DNA of 63,196 nt, filler included, from Reticulomyxa filosa (Eukaryota > Protista > Foraminifera), in assembly GCA_000512085.1 (NCBI GenBank). It is 15 parts of 15 records of this genome, joined end to end, with 100 filler letters (N's around TTAATTAATTAA, not from the genome) between each part and the next. Parts side by side here need not be neighbours in the genome. Positions count along the whole stretch, not along the records: positions 1 to 2,480 come from ASPP01004266.1; positions 2,581 to 26,303 come from ASPP01019678.1; 13 more parts are not named here. One strand, 5' to 3'. The position numbers were made by a program, and so were the translations under genes. This document shows, in pieces, positions 1-13,300 of this stretch; the first letter of the stretch is position 1, and each line of letters opens with the position of its first letter. The notes below the pieces were generated by a model. It saw only the letters and a program-made list of their open reading frames with translations. It was not told the DNA's origin and ran no database searches.

Positions 1-1055
1 TTTCACAACCATTAACTAAAGACATGTTTTCATTTGGATTATCTGAGACTGGAGCTGACATATTGAGAATACGGAAATGGTCTATATTGCCGTAAAGCGG
101 CGACCTTTTACTCTTTCTAAAAAATTGAAAAAATTAAAAAAAGAAAAATTTACAAATAAAATAAAAAAACTTCGGCTAAATAGCCTACTATTTCTTTTAT
201 TTTATTATTTTCTTTTTTTAATTTATCTCTTAATGAGAGAAGAGCTCGAATTGAATTGATAGGAAAAACTATTTATTTACATGTTCAAACTTTGAAACAT
301 TAATTTTTGAAGCTATTTTCAAACTCAGAAATCATTTGCACTACATATACACATTTTGTTATTTTTTAAATTTTTGTCAAGTACATTGTGAAAATTTTAC
401 ACAATATACATTATCTGAATGTAAATTAAAAATTTAATTTTTATCATCTGATTCAAACAAATTAAATTTAATTTGGAAATTATTTCATTATAAATTTTTT
501 TTAATTTCTTTTTCTTTTTTTCAATATTCTTTGATCTTTTAATTTTATTTCTTGTTTTAATTTTCAATTCAGTTAAACATATTTTCTATTCAAATAAATT
601 TATTATATAATTCATAACGTATTTGTTTTTTTGTTATGTCTTTCTCATATTTGAAAAAACTTAAGTGATTGATTGACATGCTTTACATTGATAACGAAAG
701 TTAACAGAAAAAACAGGAAATGAAAAAGCTAAAGCAGAGTGGCCTCACTCTTTTGATCTGTGATTTGCCAAACTGAAAATTGTAAAGGAAACTATATCTG
801 CTTCCTTGAAATTTCATCCGAACAATATCTTATGAAATTTTTATTTTCGAAACAGGATTGCTATTAAGTTGTATATAAAGCTAAATAATAGTATCTATCA
901 CAATTTTAAAGCGCTCAATGTGACCCTTATTTTTTCTCCCCCATTTCGACATTAGAGCGAGGAAAGAAACGCGAAAATATGAGAAACACCAAAAAGAAAA
1001 TAAAAAATTAAATAAAAAGTAGTTTAAAAATGAACAAAAAAAAAACGCAACGATT

Positions 1056-2430
1056 TTACAATTGCTGATAGTCGCTCTTTATATCCCTGTCCCTTTTGTT
1101 AAGCAAATGATTAGCAATTACAATAATCAAATTAAGGAAAGAGCAAACCAAAAGTGCATTGTACGCAACAACGTATCGTGTTGTAGCCCGTGCAAGATGG
1201 CTGGTGTGCCGATCCGCTAATGCTCCAAAGATAATACAAAAGACCATTGCGGATAGATAGTTGCAAACGCAATTGAAATTTGCTACCGCATCTTGCAAAT
1301 GAGACGGGACATCAGAAAGTAACTCGTCAAAAGCAGTGGCCATGAAGCATTCATTCCCAAACACAAAGAAAGACACGGCAATTAGAGGCACATATAACGC
1401 GTCGCTTTCAACATACGCAAGCACTGCAAAGGCAATGCAAAAGGATACACAGCCAGCAATCAGAAAACCGCTTCGGCCAAATTTCTGCACTCCCGTTGAC
1501 ATTAAATGTGTGGGAAGAATCGAAACCAAAGGAATCAATGCCAACAGTGCATTTCCTGTGTAATTTCTAGCATAACAAGTACCAACAGATTTATAAACAA
1601 ATAAGCAATACTAAAATTACCAAACATCAACAACAAAAAAGAGTTGCTTTTGGATGGCTCCATTTTTTTTTTTGGTACGTATAACACACAAAAAAAAAGG
1701 AAGTGAAATGACTCAACGTATAATGAAATTGCTGGATTATCATTTCCAGCGAAAGCATCACAAAGGCAAAGAAAATGCCAAAGTAAATGGACAAACACGC
1801 AATGTTACATGCCACGATGATGTTGAGTCCTTCAAAGCTTTGGTTATACCAATCTTTCAAAGAACATTCCGTTAGAGAGCCTCTCTTTTTTTGACTGTTT
1901 GTATTCCAAAAAGCACTCTTTTTTTTTTTTTTTTTGAATTGGTCGAGATAAATAAAATAATAAAAAAAAAGAATGCATACAAAACTGAGTGCAATTCGAG
2001 CCATCTGTTGTCAAAGACGACGAACTGTCCGAGTCATACGAATTGTATTTGTTTGCAAAAGATTCGTAACCTTCTCGACCTATTTGTTCTCCTTGATCAG
2101 TATCTGTTTCATTTGCGCACATTTTCAATGCCTGCGAGTGGATATGCCCTTCCTCCAAGAAGTTGTAGGACACGCTTTGGAGGGTCGTCGTGGGCATCTG
2201 CTGTGCTAACGGGACTGGCCTATCAATCAACGGTGTGTCCTCAAACTTCTTCTCTGTGAATGTTTCTGTGACATATTGTTGTTGCATCAAAGGACTCCCC
2301 TTTTCGCACGTCGCATTCAACTGTTCTTGGTCCCGTCTCTCTTGTTTTGCAACGTATACAAAGGAAAGCCAACAAAGTGCTTCTAAAGCTGGATACGTAT
2401 ACGTCAAACCCAATCGCATACAACAACAAT
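1056..2430 (-). CDS. Multi-pass MFS-like transporter, 3' part (spliced; 5' end lost at contig edge)
   Basis: ORFs 1844-2419, 1627-2004, 1535-1798 and 1056-1544 join through GT-AG introns (e.g. LMF-G|gtaatt...cacag|NALLALIP). Several hydrophobic helices follow a polar loop; MFS-like loops 'QKFGRS' and 'FGALADR'. Confidence 0.6.
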
Positions 2431-2435
2431 TAACA

Positions 2436-2477
<42 letters not shown>

Positions 2478-2480
2478 AAA

Positions 2481-2580
2481 NNNNNNNNNNNNNNNNNNNN
2501 NNNNNNNNNNNNNNNNNNNNNNNNTTAATTAATTAANNNNNNNNNNNNNNNNNNNNNNNNNNNNNNNNNNNNNNNNNNNN
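2481..2580. other. Artificial contig linker N44-TTAATTAATTAA-N44. Same linker at 26304, 32464, 33861, 36027, 37381, 39830, 41187, 44753, 46769, 48732, 53387, 54795 and 61462 (100 bp each)
   Basis: Identical 100-bp spacer carrying stops in all six frames, seen 14 times. Confidence 0.98.
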
Positions 2581-3247
2581 AAAACTTGCTCATTCGGGCG
2601 CATAATATTCCAACAAATTTATTGATAGTACAAAGCTTTTTAAAATTGAGCTTTTTATTGGTTCGTTTTTGAGTTGTAAAAACAATTTTTTTTAACAATC
2701 GTGTTGGCTTTCATTTCTCAACATTATTTTTTCTATTTTACGCAAGATCGAAACTTCGATTTTGCTTTTTTCTGTAGTTAAAATCTTTTTCTTTTTTTTC
2801 CAACTTTCCAACTTTGCTTAGATCCATTTTTTTTAATTTCAAAGAAATTGATCTAACACACATGAAGTATAAACGACAACAAAACAAGAAACAACCAACA
2901 ATTTTTATCTACGTCTCCTTAGTGAGTTTTTTACTTTAAAACAAAAAACAGTGGAAACTTTAACACGTTTTTATAACATTGATATCAAAAACTTTTGAAT
3001 TTTTAACATTATTTTGAAAGCTTTTAACAGTACAAATTTTGAGTTGTTATGCTATGTTTTTTAATTTATTACAGCTCAAAGTGCAGACCGGACAAAGTTA
3101 TATTTAATCGCAAAAAATAATTTTTTAGAAAAAATTACAATATTTGTAAATTTCAAAGGATATTAATTTTATTTAAATTGCTTGCTCGAGCAAAACCACA
3201 GAGTTAATGAAATGATACTCAAAAGCAATTCAGTTTTGAGGCAACTT

Positions 3248-3619
3248 TGTAGGAAGAGTGTATGCGATTTAAGCGTAATACGAAAGGAACTTCGTTCTGA
3301 AAATAAGTTTTCAGTGAAACGAAATAAACTACATAAGACAAGAAAAGCTCTGGAGGAAGTGTACAAAAGTTCATTGCTTATTCACAAATTATAATAGCTA
3401 GCCGGGCTTTGACTACAAATCCAACATAATATGAAGAAAGTTGGGATGTGTTGACTGTCACTTTACAACTGGCACAAAGTGTAACACGAAAATATTGCGC
3501 TCTGAGTAATTTTCAATAAAACAAATAGCTAATTCAAAAAAGAAATAATGACGGCAAATAGCAAGAAGAAAAATTAGTAAGTTTAAAAGGGATTCCACTA
3601 GCCATGGGTCTTCCCTACA
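3248..3619 (+). mobile_element. Solo-LTR-like element (TGT...ACA), longer relative of 52048-52262
   Basis: Starts TGTAGGAAGAG, ends TCTTCCCTACA (imperfect inverted termini). Shares the exact 18-mer GTAATACGAAAGGAACTT, an internal AATAAA and AGTAAGTTT...TCCACT with the 52048 element. No clean target-site duplication. Confidence 0.6.
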
Positions 3620-3684
3620 CACGTTCACAGAAATTCCAGTAAAAAATTTTGGATTACCATTAGCGAAAATAATTTTTTAAAAAA

Positions 3685-6171
3685 ATGTATAATGTGGAGG
3701 ATGAAAAGAATAAAGAGGAAGGAAAAGTGGGAATGGATTCTCTCTTGTTTCAACAGTCCTGTTTTGACAAAAACTGGATTTTACAATTCAATCAAGATGA
3801 ACAAATTAAATACTATGTTTGTTTGATTTGCCAACAAGTTGCAAACAACGCCATGGAATTAAATTGTCCTCAACACGAAAGTGTGGATGAATCATTGATA
3901 GTTGGAGAGAATTGTTTAAGACAGTATTTGAATGATAACAACAATGCTTGTCCTATTCAATCCCACGACAACTGTATATATTCCAAAAACAAGCAGTTAC
4001 AACGGCAGATTGGCGATTTGGTGGTGCCATGTCCACGGCAATTTCAGCAAGAATCTGGCATATCTAATGAAATTGAAGAAGGACAAACATCGGAAATGAT
4101 CAAATGCGATTTCAAAGGAAAGATCAAGGAAGTGGGTGATCATTTGGACAATGCATGTCCCTTAAAACTATTCAATTGTTGGTTTAAGCCATTTGGTTGC
4201 AATTACACCTGTCTCGGCCAAGATATGAATCCTCATATTGTTTCCACTTTGCAATTTCATTTTGATTTGATTATGAAAACTTTTGTGTCGATGCAACAAA
4301 CTATCCAACTTTCTCAAGTGCATTGCTTTGTCTTATGTTTGTTTTTTATGTGTGTCATACAAAAGAAAATCACAAAAACAACAAGGAAGAGGCAAGACAA
4401 TTGCGATCGGAAAATGAAAAATTGAAATTGGAAATTTCATTGAATTGTAGAAAAGCTCAAGAAATTTCAATACCAGCCAATGAAAATTCTGCTTTGCAAC
4501 AACATCAGCAAGCCTATGTGCCTCAGGTCTTTTTAGTTCGTGTTTTTGCTTTCCAACATTCAAAACATTGTATTCATTGATATGTAGAAAAAGTGTCAAA
4601 TTACAGTATAACAGCCAATAAAAATGGAATTGCACCTGAATGCACAATACATCTTTTAAAAAATGTGAAAAATTAAACAGCAATCTGCAATTATAGAAGT
4701 TGTTGAAAAATTGAAAAAAGATATTCAGAATAATTTTCAACAAATTCAAGCAAAAGACAACGAAATTACACAACTGAAGGAAGAAATTCTAAAGTATCAG
4801 CAAAATGCTAATACCAAAGACAAAGAACTTTTGGAGAAGGACAATCAAATAAAAAAAATTCAAAGAGATTCCCACCAAGAATCGCTCAAACTTCGTGCTG
4901 ATTTGGAAATAATGAAAAGGGATTTTGCCGAAAAGGAGAAACAACTGGTGACGCATCGTGAGCAATTGGTCCAATTGCCGCAAGAAAAAAATGGTGAAAC
5001 TACTAACAGTGATAATGAACAAAAAGATCAAGCTAATAAAGATCCCTCTTTTTCTTTTGATGAAACTAATTCCACAATTTCTTTTTGTGACCGTTTTCAC
5101 TCTGCCAAACAACTCAAAACTTTTGTGGGACATTCCACTTATGTGTGGAGTCTTCAATATGTGTCACTCGATGGGAAGCATTTTCTTTGTTCTGGATCAG
5201 GTGATAAAACAGTTCGTATGTGGGATGTAGAGACCACCAAACAAGTCAACATATTTAACGGACATTCAGGTTATGTGTATTGTGTAAAATTTTCACAATA
5301 TTATAATCGGAATCATCATCGTCCTATTATCTGTTCTGCGTCATATGACAAAACTATTCGATTTTGGGATTTTCAAACTTCCAAAGAAATTCACATTTTA
5401 ACAGGACATACTGGTCCGGTTTATGGCATACAATTGTCCTCATTCAATGATGGTCGATATTTGTGTTCTGGATCATTAGATAACACTATTCGTCTGTGGG
5501 ATGTTGAGACATGCAAAATGTTACATGTTTTCAGTGGGCATACAAATGGTGTCTGGTGTGTTGAGTTTTCATCATTTCAAAGTGGCAATACTCAAGATAA
5601 TAAAAATGTTATTGTTGGTATGCTTGGTGGTGCTGGATACACAATTTGCTCGGGGTCACATGATAATACTGTCCGTTTATGGGATGTAGAAACGGCCAAG
5701 GAATTAATCGTTTTCAAAGGGCATGAAGGTTATATAAATAGTATTAAATATTCACCATATGAAACGCTTGATGGTGGGCATACTATCTGCTCTGGTTCAA
5801 GTGATAAAACTGTTCGTTTATGGGATATTCGATCCAAAAAAGAAACTCATGTTCTCAAAGGCCATACAAATACTGTGTGGAGTATTGAATATGCGCCGTT
5901 AGAAAAAAATTACGGTGATGGAATTGATGGTGCGAACATAATATGTTCTGGATCGTATGATAACTCGATTCGATTTTGGGATGTTCGAACTAATAAACAA
6001 TTGCATGAAATCAAAGGAAATGATAATGATGGAGGAATATTTTCACTTCAATTTCTGCCATGTGAAGATAATGCACAGAGAAATGAAAAAGACAAACCCA
6101 GAGAAATTCAAATGTATGGTTATAATTTATGTAGTGGATCAAAAAATGGCATCATTCATTTATGGGGATAA
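3685..6171 (+). CDS. RING-variant / TRAF-type Zn finger - coiled coil - 7x WD40 protein (TRAF7-like architecture)
   Basis: Exons ~3685-4317, 4387-4526 and 4681-6171 with phase-0 GT-AG introns. N-terminal CLIC..CPQH..GENC..CP, then TRAF-like 'CDFKGKIKEVGDHLDNAC' and 'CWFKPFGC', a coiled coil, and repeated GH..V..SGS.DxT.R.WD. Confidence 0.85.
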
Positions 6172-6953
6172 TAGTTTTGGAACCAGAATCTTTTGCTATT
6201 TTCTTGACTTTAACTTGAAAGAACTTGATATCTCATAGATTTGATCGTAAAAGTAGTACAAAGCATTTTTTTACTTTCTTTGGAGTATAACTTTTTGGCT
6301 TAAGTTTTATTAAACTAAATCACATCGCATTTTAACACATTACTCACAAACAATTTTTTAATAATCCCTGCAATATTAAAAGAGCAAAGACCGGTTCAGT
6401 CCAGCTGTGATAAAATGATAACAATTTTAAAGATCTTTAATTTTACTTAAGCAATCTAGAAGTTTGATTTTTACTCTTGCCTTCTGGAATTTTTACTTGT
6501 GGCGGATATACGACATCAAAAAAGTGACACGTGTGATTTTATGTAAAATTGCTTACTGGTCTTTTAATGCATTGTCTAACATTTTAAAAGTAAACAGCCA
6601 AAAAAAGTTAGCATTTTGTGAAATTAATTTTTACTACTCGATAGTACACTTAGAGATTTATTTTAATCACAGATTGAAATGCTTCATTGCGACATTATGT
6701 TACATCTACTACACCAGCTTCAGATTTAAATTTTTCCAGTGAATACTGAATTAAAATTTCATAGTTTTATTTAGAAAAAATACCATCAATGGCAATCTTA
6801 TGTCCTGCCGATTTAATTAGGATATCGCCATCGGCAAAAAAAGAGAGAAACAAAAAAAGCAAGGTAAAAACCATTAGCTTTTAAGAATTTATTAAAGGAG
6901 GTTTTCCACTATTTATGCAAAAGGGAAAAAAATTATTACAGCTAAAACAAAAT

Positions 6954-8446
6954 TTAATTCTTGGCCGGAATTACTTTTGGAAGTTCTTTCTTTTTGTTTT
7001 CTTCGCTGTAAGTTTCGTTGTAGAAATCCACAAACAAAAATAAATATGAGGTGAGAATAAAACATCCAACAAGTCCTGCTCGAACTGTGCCGGTGCATCT
7101 GTAACATTTACCAAAAAAAATCCAATCGGTACAACACATCTGAACATATTGGAAAATGTTTAAAACAACTTTTGGTTTACATACCTATCTGAGAAAAAGA
7201 AGATGTTGAGATATCCCTGAATTTATAAACAAACACCATACAATGATTGTATTCGTAGCAAAAAAAAAGCAGATAAAGAGATACGTAACATAGTAGCAGC
7301 CCACTAAATCGAGAATGAACTGTAATATTTGGAAAATTGTAACAATTTGCTTAAAAGGGATGTGAATGTGCATAGCTGCCAGTCCGTAGTAAAAATACAT
7401 GATCTAAAATGCCAACACAAAACAAGAACAGTTTTTTTAAGTGTTCCAACAGAATGAACACAATATACGTACCGTATGAACACAAAGATTCAACCTATAA
7501 AAACAAAACCAAAAAACACCCATTCATTTCAAAGAATATTCGTAAAAAAAAACAAAAAAGGTAAAGTAATAAACAACTTACCAAATCACCACCCATTGCA
7601 TGCCAGAAAAATCAACCAATTGTGTCCACGTCAAAACCAACGTAGCCGGATGATGATAGGCGTGCAAGAAACCAATCGGTTTTTTCTTCATGCCAAAAAT
7701 ATAGTATCCACCAACTATTAAAAAAAAAAGCCGCAACAAAAGTTTTAAATAATTTCTCTATTTTTATACGTAAAAAAAAAGACGCAACAAAAAAAACTAA
7801 AGAAAAAAATCCTATTAACTTCATAATATTTAAGTAAATGATTCCAGTAATACATTAGTGTCAGCAAACCTCTTTGCTCTCTAAATGTAAAACCGCAATA
7901 CACCTGTAGACAACACAACCGTTTTCAAAATTTTGTGCAATTGTGTACTTTCTCAAAAAACGACGAAAAGGGAAAGAAAGACAAGTGTCTTTACTAATAA
8001 AAAAAGAATATTATCAAACCTCAAATAAGGGAAGGCCAGCTTTATAAGAATTTACAATTTTGGAAAGCATCAAAATTGCTAAGAATCCGGACCCAAAAGA
8101 CAAGAAAAGGTTGTGAATAACGAGTGGCCACTTCAGCGATGGAGCGATTCTATTCTTCATTATCTATCGAATTTGCGAAGCAAAAAAAAACGTATGTCAA
8201 AAATTTTCTTACCCCCCTTTCTGACAACTTTTTTTGGTTAAAGATGAACATTATTTGCGACAGCTCAACTCTTTGTAACAGGGGAATCCCAATACAATAT
8301 GCTATCACAGTGCAAATTGGAACATGAAGCGGACTCATCATCGTATAGCCAACACGAAACTCAAAATCAGTAAACAGCGTTTTGTCCAGGCCAACGGTGT
8401 TAATAAGAAAATCTACCATCCTTGTTTCCAATGTTTGAGTAATCAT
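6954..8446 (-). CDS. GNS1/SUR4 (ELO) fatty-acid elongase, multi-exon; one apparent 1-bp frameshift at ~7695-7699
   Basis: Spliced motifs KYYE|LVDTIF, KKKPIGFLHAYHH (HxxHH box), NLCVHT|IMYFYYG, TIFQILQF and YLFLFVDFY. Confidence 0.9.
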
Positions 8447-8787
8447 TTTTTGTTTTGTTTATTATGTAAAATGAAAAACAGGCAAAGGTTATGGCCCTCT
8501 TGAGTTGTCAATGACACGACAAGCTGAAAAAAATTCCGTAAAGATTTTTTTCCCCAAACCCGTCTGAGCCTTTCAAAATATTCAAGCATAATAGCCAAGT
8601 GATATCTCTTTAAATATTTAATTTTTAAGAAGAACGAAAATATATTTCAAAAAGATGAAAATTTGCTAATAGTTTTTTTCCCAACTGCAATGAAAAATAT
8701 ATCAAGCGCAATTGCAAAATATGGTTACAAAGGCCGTCCACAAACACCAAAAAAAAAATCTTTCAAAAAACAGTTGAACATAAGCAT

Positions 8788-9894
8788 TTAATTGGCTTCT
8801 TTTTGTTCCACATCGGACTCATTTTGGAACAGCAAGTCGAGCATTGTTGGAGAGCAAGCAGTATTGATAAAGACAGTAGAACAGCCATCGACCATTCTTA
8901 TTCCACGTCCACCATGACTATGTCCATAAATATGGAGAAATGGCCTGACTCGCTGAGTGACTTCTGTCAACAGAGCGCTGCTGCCAATATGTCCAGGTCT
9001 CTCTAAATCCCCAATGCCAAAAGGAGGCGAGTGGGTCACCAAAATGTTGGTCTCACTTGGAATACTTTCAAAAATTTTTTTGATTTCATCCAATGGTCTA
9101 TCAAACGCATGTGCCGAAAAAAGGCATCCTATTTTTGTAATTTTGTTACCCTCATTTCTTTCTATTCTCCTAAAGTAAAAAAAAAAAGAGAATTTTATTT
9201 TGCACAATTGTCAAATGACCTCGTTGAGGATGCCATGGTGATCCGTAGATATTAACTCCCAATACGGACAGCATTTCGTCTTGCAAATAGTGGGTATTAC
9301 AACTTTCCATAAAATATTTTTTATTTTTTTCCACGTCATTTTCGTTCAAACCCCGTTCATGGTTCCCCGCGATAATGACTTTGTGTCGGTATTGGCTCAA
9401 TGATTTCAACCACTCGACTACCTTGGGGATGTCTGTTCGCGACGTCCTCCAATTCGTCCAGTCACCTGCTATTATCAATATGTCGCCCTCGGGCATGTCG
9501 AATTTGTTATGATTCATATGACTGTCGGACACCGTTACAATTCGAATTGCTGTTTTAGTCGTTGTTTTTGGATTTGCATGCTTGTCCATTGACATTGGAG
9601 TGAGTGAAGAGCAAGAGGATTACGTTGTTTTAGCAAACAAAATTCAAATACACGTTATACAAATGGAGAAATAAAGCAAGACGATCCAATGCTTATTTGT
9701 AACATACATGAACGCCCTTGAGGATGAGACTGGTTGGAATCTATCTCACAGACTTGATAGCGTGTTGTCGCTGTTTCATGAGTGCTGGTCTTTAAATTTG
9801 ATTCATTCCTGTCTATTAAAGGCACCTTTTCGTCAGCCACAGGAACTGTGCAACAACAAGGACACCAATGAAAAGCACTAAGAGAACAACCCAT
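8788..9894 (-). CDS. Calcineurin-like metallophosphoesterase (MPPED/239FB-like)
   Basis: Motifs SDSH, AGDWT, AGNHE, YLQDE, YGSPW, LVTHSPP and GHSH. A probable first exon (ORF 9655-9894) begins MGCSLS; its join to the catalytic exons is less certain. Confidence 0.85.
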
Positions 9895-10320
9895 CTTTCA
9901 AAATATCTCTACTTAAGCTAGTGTGAAAAAGCTAAAAGAATGAATCAAGCAGATATTTTTAATGCTCTTTAATTTTTTATCAACTTTTGGTTCCCTTTTT
10001 AACTGCAGATATGGTAAGGGTGATAGTTTTAATAATACTGGTGATCAAATAACAGTTTTAGCGCGGATAATGGCAGAAGGTGGTTGATAAACTTGCATTT
10101 TAAATATAGAACAGGTACAAGTACCTATCCAAATTTTTTAGAGTATAGCAACAAATAAAAAGCGAAAACTTAACACAATTATTTATAACATAAGCAGTGC
10201 TTAATTTTACTTGCACATATCCATATTATACTGGTACAGTTTTAAACTTCGTTTAGTCTTTTGTTAAAAGGAGAAAGCCACGTACAACAAAATTTGTAAG
10301 GTTGCAGCAAAAACGAACAA

Positions 10321-13300
10321 ATGGATACAACCGCAGGAGAACACATTTCATCTTTATCTTCACTTTCACCTACTCCAACCAAAAGTACGGCCATACTGTC
10401 CGAAAGTGGTGACGAGCCACTTAGTGCCAACGTAGTGGAAGTATACTTGCGCATTCGACCCAGCAGCGCCACTCAAAAGCCTGTTCATTTTTCTGTCTCG
10501 AATGACCACACTTGTATTGCAATTAAAAACGGTGGAGTTACGAATTTTTGCCCCTCTTTTCTATTCTTCTGTCGATAATTTTATAACACAACTCATATAG
10601 AAATCAGCCAATTTAAAGTTTACTCGCGTCTTTGACGATACCATGACAAACTCGCAAGTATCGTTTTGGATTTCATGATTAAAAATAATATTTTGTGTCA
10701 CACATAAAAGAAAATCATTTTTTTTCAATTGATGTATTATCATTGGCATGTCTTTTTTTTTTTGAAAGAACACACTCGCAATGGAAAAAAATTGTGCAAA
10801 AAATTTTTAAAATATTGTTATTAAGGTATTTGAATATTTTGCCCCTACTTTAGTGGATCGAATGCTGAAAGGATTCAATCATTTGGTGTTCACTTATGGC
10901 GTATCGAGAAGCGGCAAAACACATACAATAGTTGGAGAGAAAGGAGATCCCGGATTAGTGCAAAGGCTGGTAGAAAAACTCTTTACGATTGATTCAATCA
11001 CTAATCGCTCATATTTTGTACAAATTGCGTGTGCTGAAATTTATTGCGACAAATTGGGTGACCTATTGGCCCCAGAACATATTAATCAAGTATTTTTCTT
11101 TTTTCTTTTTTCTTTTTCTTTGTTTGTGTTTCTTTTAAAAAATGGTTTTTTGATTGGTTGTTTTTAGTGTATTGTCATTTTGATTGGTTTGAAACTATTA
11201 CAATTGATAGTAACACAACAACAAAAAGGAGATAGAATCACGCATAAAATCTGGAAATCCAGCAGCGCTGACAAAATATAGAATGGACAGTACCGTAAGG
11301 TTTGCAGAGCAAATGGACCAGGCTGCAAAACAGAGAAAATGGCTACAAACACAGCTCAATTTTGTTAGAACAAGCACATAAAAAAAACATTTACACATTG
11401 ATTTTATTTTTAATGATTTGCTGTTTGACAAATACACAATAGAATTCGAGTCGTAGTCACAATCTTTATTTCGTCGAAGTCGCGAGATGCGAGGATTCAC
11501 GAGTGATTGGTAAAGTATGTTTCTGTGACTTAGCCGGAGCCGATTGTGATGGACGAACGGAAAGTCCAATTGAACAGTACGAAGCCAAGTTCATTAGTTC
11601 GTCTTTGGTCTGTTTAAAGCAGCGCCTAATGCAGTCAAATGTAAACTGTGCCGAGTCTTCCACTTTCCAGGACTGTGCATTGACAAAGATATTGGAAGAG
11701 TATTTGACAGGGACTGGATTTGTTTCAATGATTGCAACTGCTGATTTTGGCCAGTTTCTAATATAAACAACCATACTTCGTATCTATCTCTTTTTTTTGT
11801 TTTAATCTCCTTCCTCTTTTTATGGTTTTTTTTATTGAATAATGTGTTTTTTATTTTCTCTTTGTTTTGTTCACTCAATCGACCTAAAAACATCCTCTTG
11901 TGAATGTTTTTGTTTACTGTAAAACGAAAGAGAAAATTTCGTTTCGTCGTTAGGTGCTTTGCATTTTGAAGATCAAAACATCCACAAATTTGCCGGTGCT
12001 CCAACAAAAGACTGTTGAGTCTGTTGCAATGCTTTGTTATGTTTTTTCAGGACGACATTTTATGACTGCATCTTTGTGTGTTTTTTTATTTGAAAAATAG
12101 ACAATGAAAACACAGAACAAGTCGTGAAGCCGTTATCCAATCAGGATGTGCCGTGGGAATTTTTTGACAAAGAAGCACTTTACAAAATTGCTGTGAGTGC
12201 TTGGACGTGTTGCAGGAACTTGGAGGTTGAAAATGAGGAAATTACTCAAGTTAGTTTTGTTTGACTTTGATAATACAAAATATAAACACAAAACATAAAA
12301 AAAAACGTAGCGTCACTCTGTTGCTATCCAGAAATTGGTATTGTCAAATAACCAACATCTTTCCAAATTGCGGCAAGAAATGATAGTTATTGAAACAAAC
12401 ATACGTTTTTTTGTTATCTCTCGTATTGAAATTGACATATTCAACCCGTTGTTTTTTGTAAACACAAGAATGAGAGAAATGAACTAATGATGAATCACTT
12501 TGAGGAGATCTTTGATTTGCAGTCAGAACATAACAAGTTGTTGCAGCTGCAATCTGAGAAAGTTGATTTTATTTGTCTTATTTTATTCTGTTAAGAGCGC
12601 ATCTATAACTGGTTAGCTTTGATGAAAACAGGTGCGGCAGCTTCAGAGCGAATCCAAAGCATTTGAAGAACAAGTGAAAAGGCGAGAAAAAGAGATATCG
12701 CAGAAAATGATAGAAATTGAAAAAAGTAGCCAGCATATTGAAAAATTAGTCCACGAAAACGAGCGTTTGTCCGACGAAGTGAAGCGTTTTAAAGCAAACC
12801 AGGTTGAAATTCAAAGCGAATGTCAATTACATATGAGAAAATTCCAACAACAAGAAACAAATGAAAAAAAATTTCATGAAAAATTCTTGCAAGCTCAAAG
12901 TGAAACTGCCACCGAAACTGAAAAGTGGCAAGTAAAATATGCCACCTTGGAACACCAGATTCACAATATAGGTTTGCATGTCTTTGTGTTTGGAATATAT
13001 TTTACCAGTGGCATTGACCTAAGGGAGAAGTGGTCTACACTCTGAACAAATAAACAAATCAATGTGGGCAATAAATGACATTCTTAACAGAAGAGCAGAG
13101 GAAACAGCAAATTGAGACCTTGGAAAAAAAGATAAAAATAACAACTGAAGAAAAGAATGTTCTTTGTCAGTCCATCGATTCAATTGTCGTTGAAAGGAAC
13201 GATTTTCGATCTAAGCTCGACGCGCTACGAGAAAAATATGAAAGTTTGAAAAGCATATGTCAAGGTTTGAACTCACAGGCGCAATGCTATCAACAACAAT

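Noticed and set aside
1-61. Possible minus-strand gene start MSAPVSDNPNENMSLVNGCE
   Set aside because: Only 20 codons before the window edge; cannot be supported.
11750-11790. Apparent in-frame TAA in the kinesin (FLI*TTIL) suggesting stop-codon reassignment
   Set aside because: A GT-AG intron (CA|gtttct...gaaag|A) gives ADFGQENFVSSLGALHF with no stop; TAA, TAG and TGA all end other genes normally.
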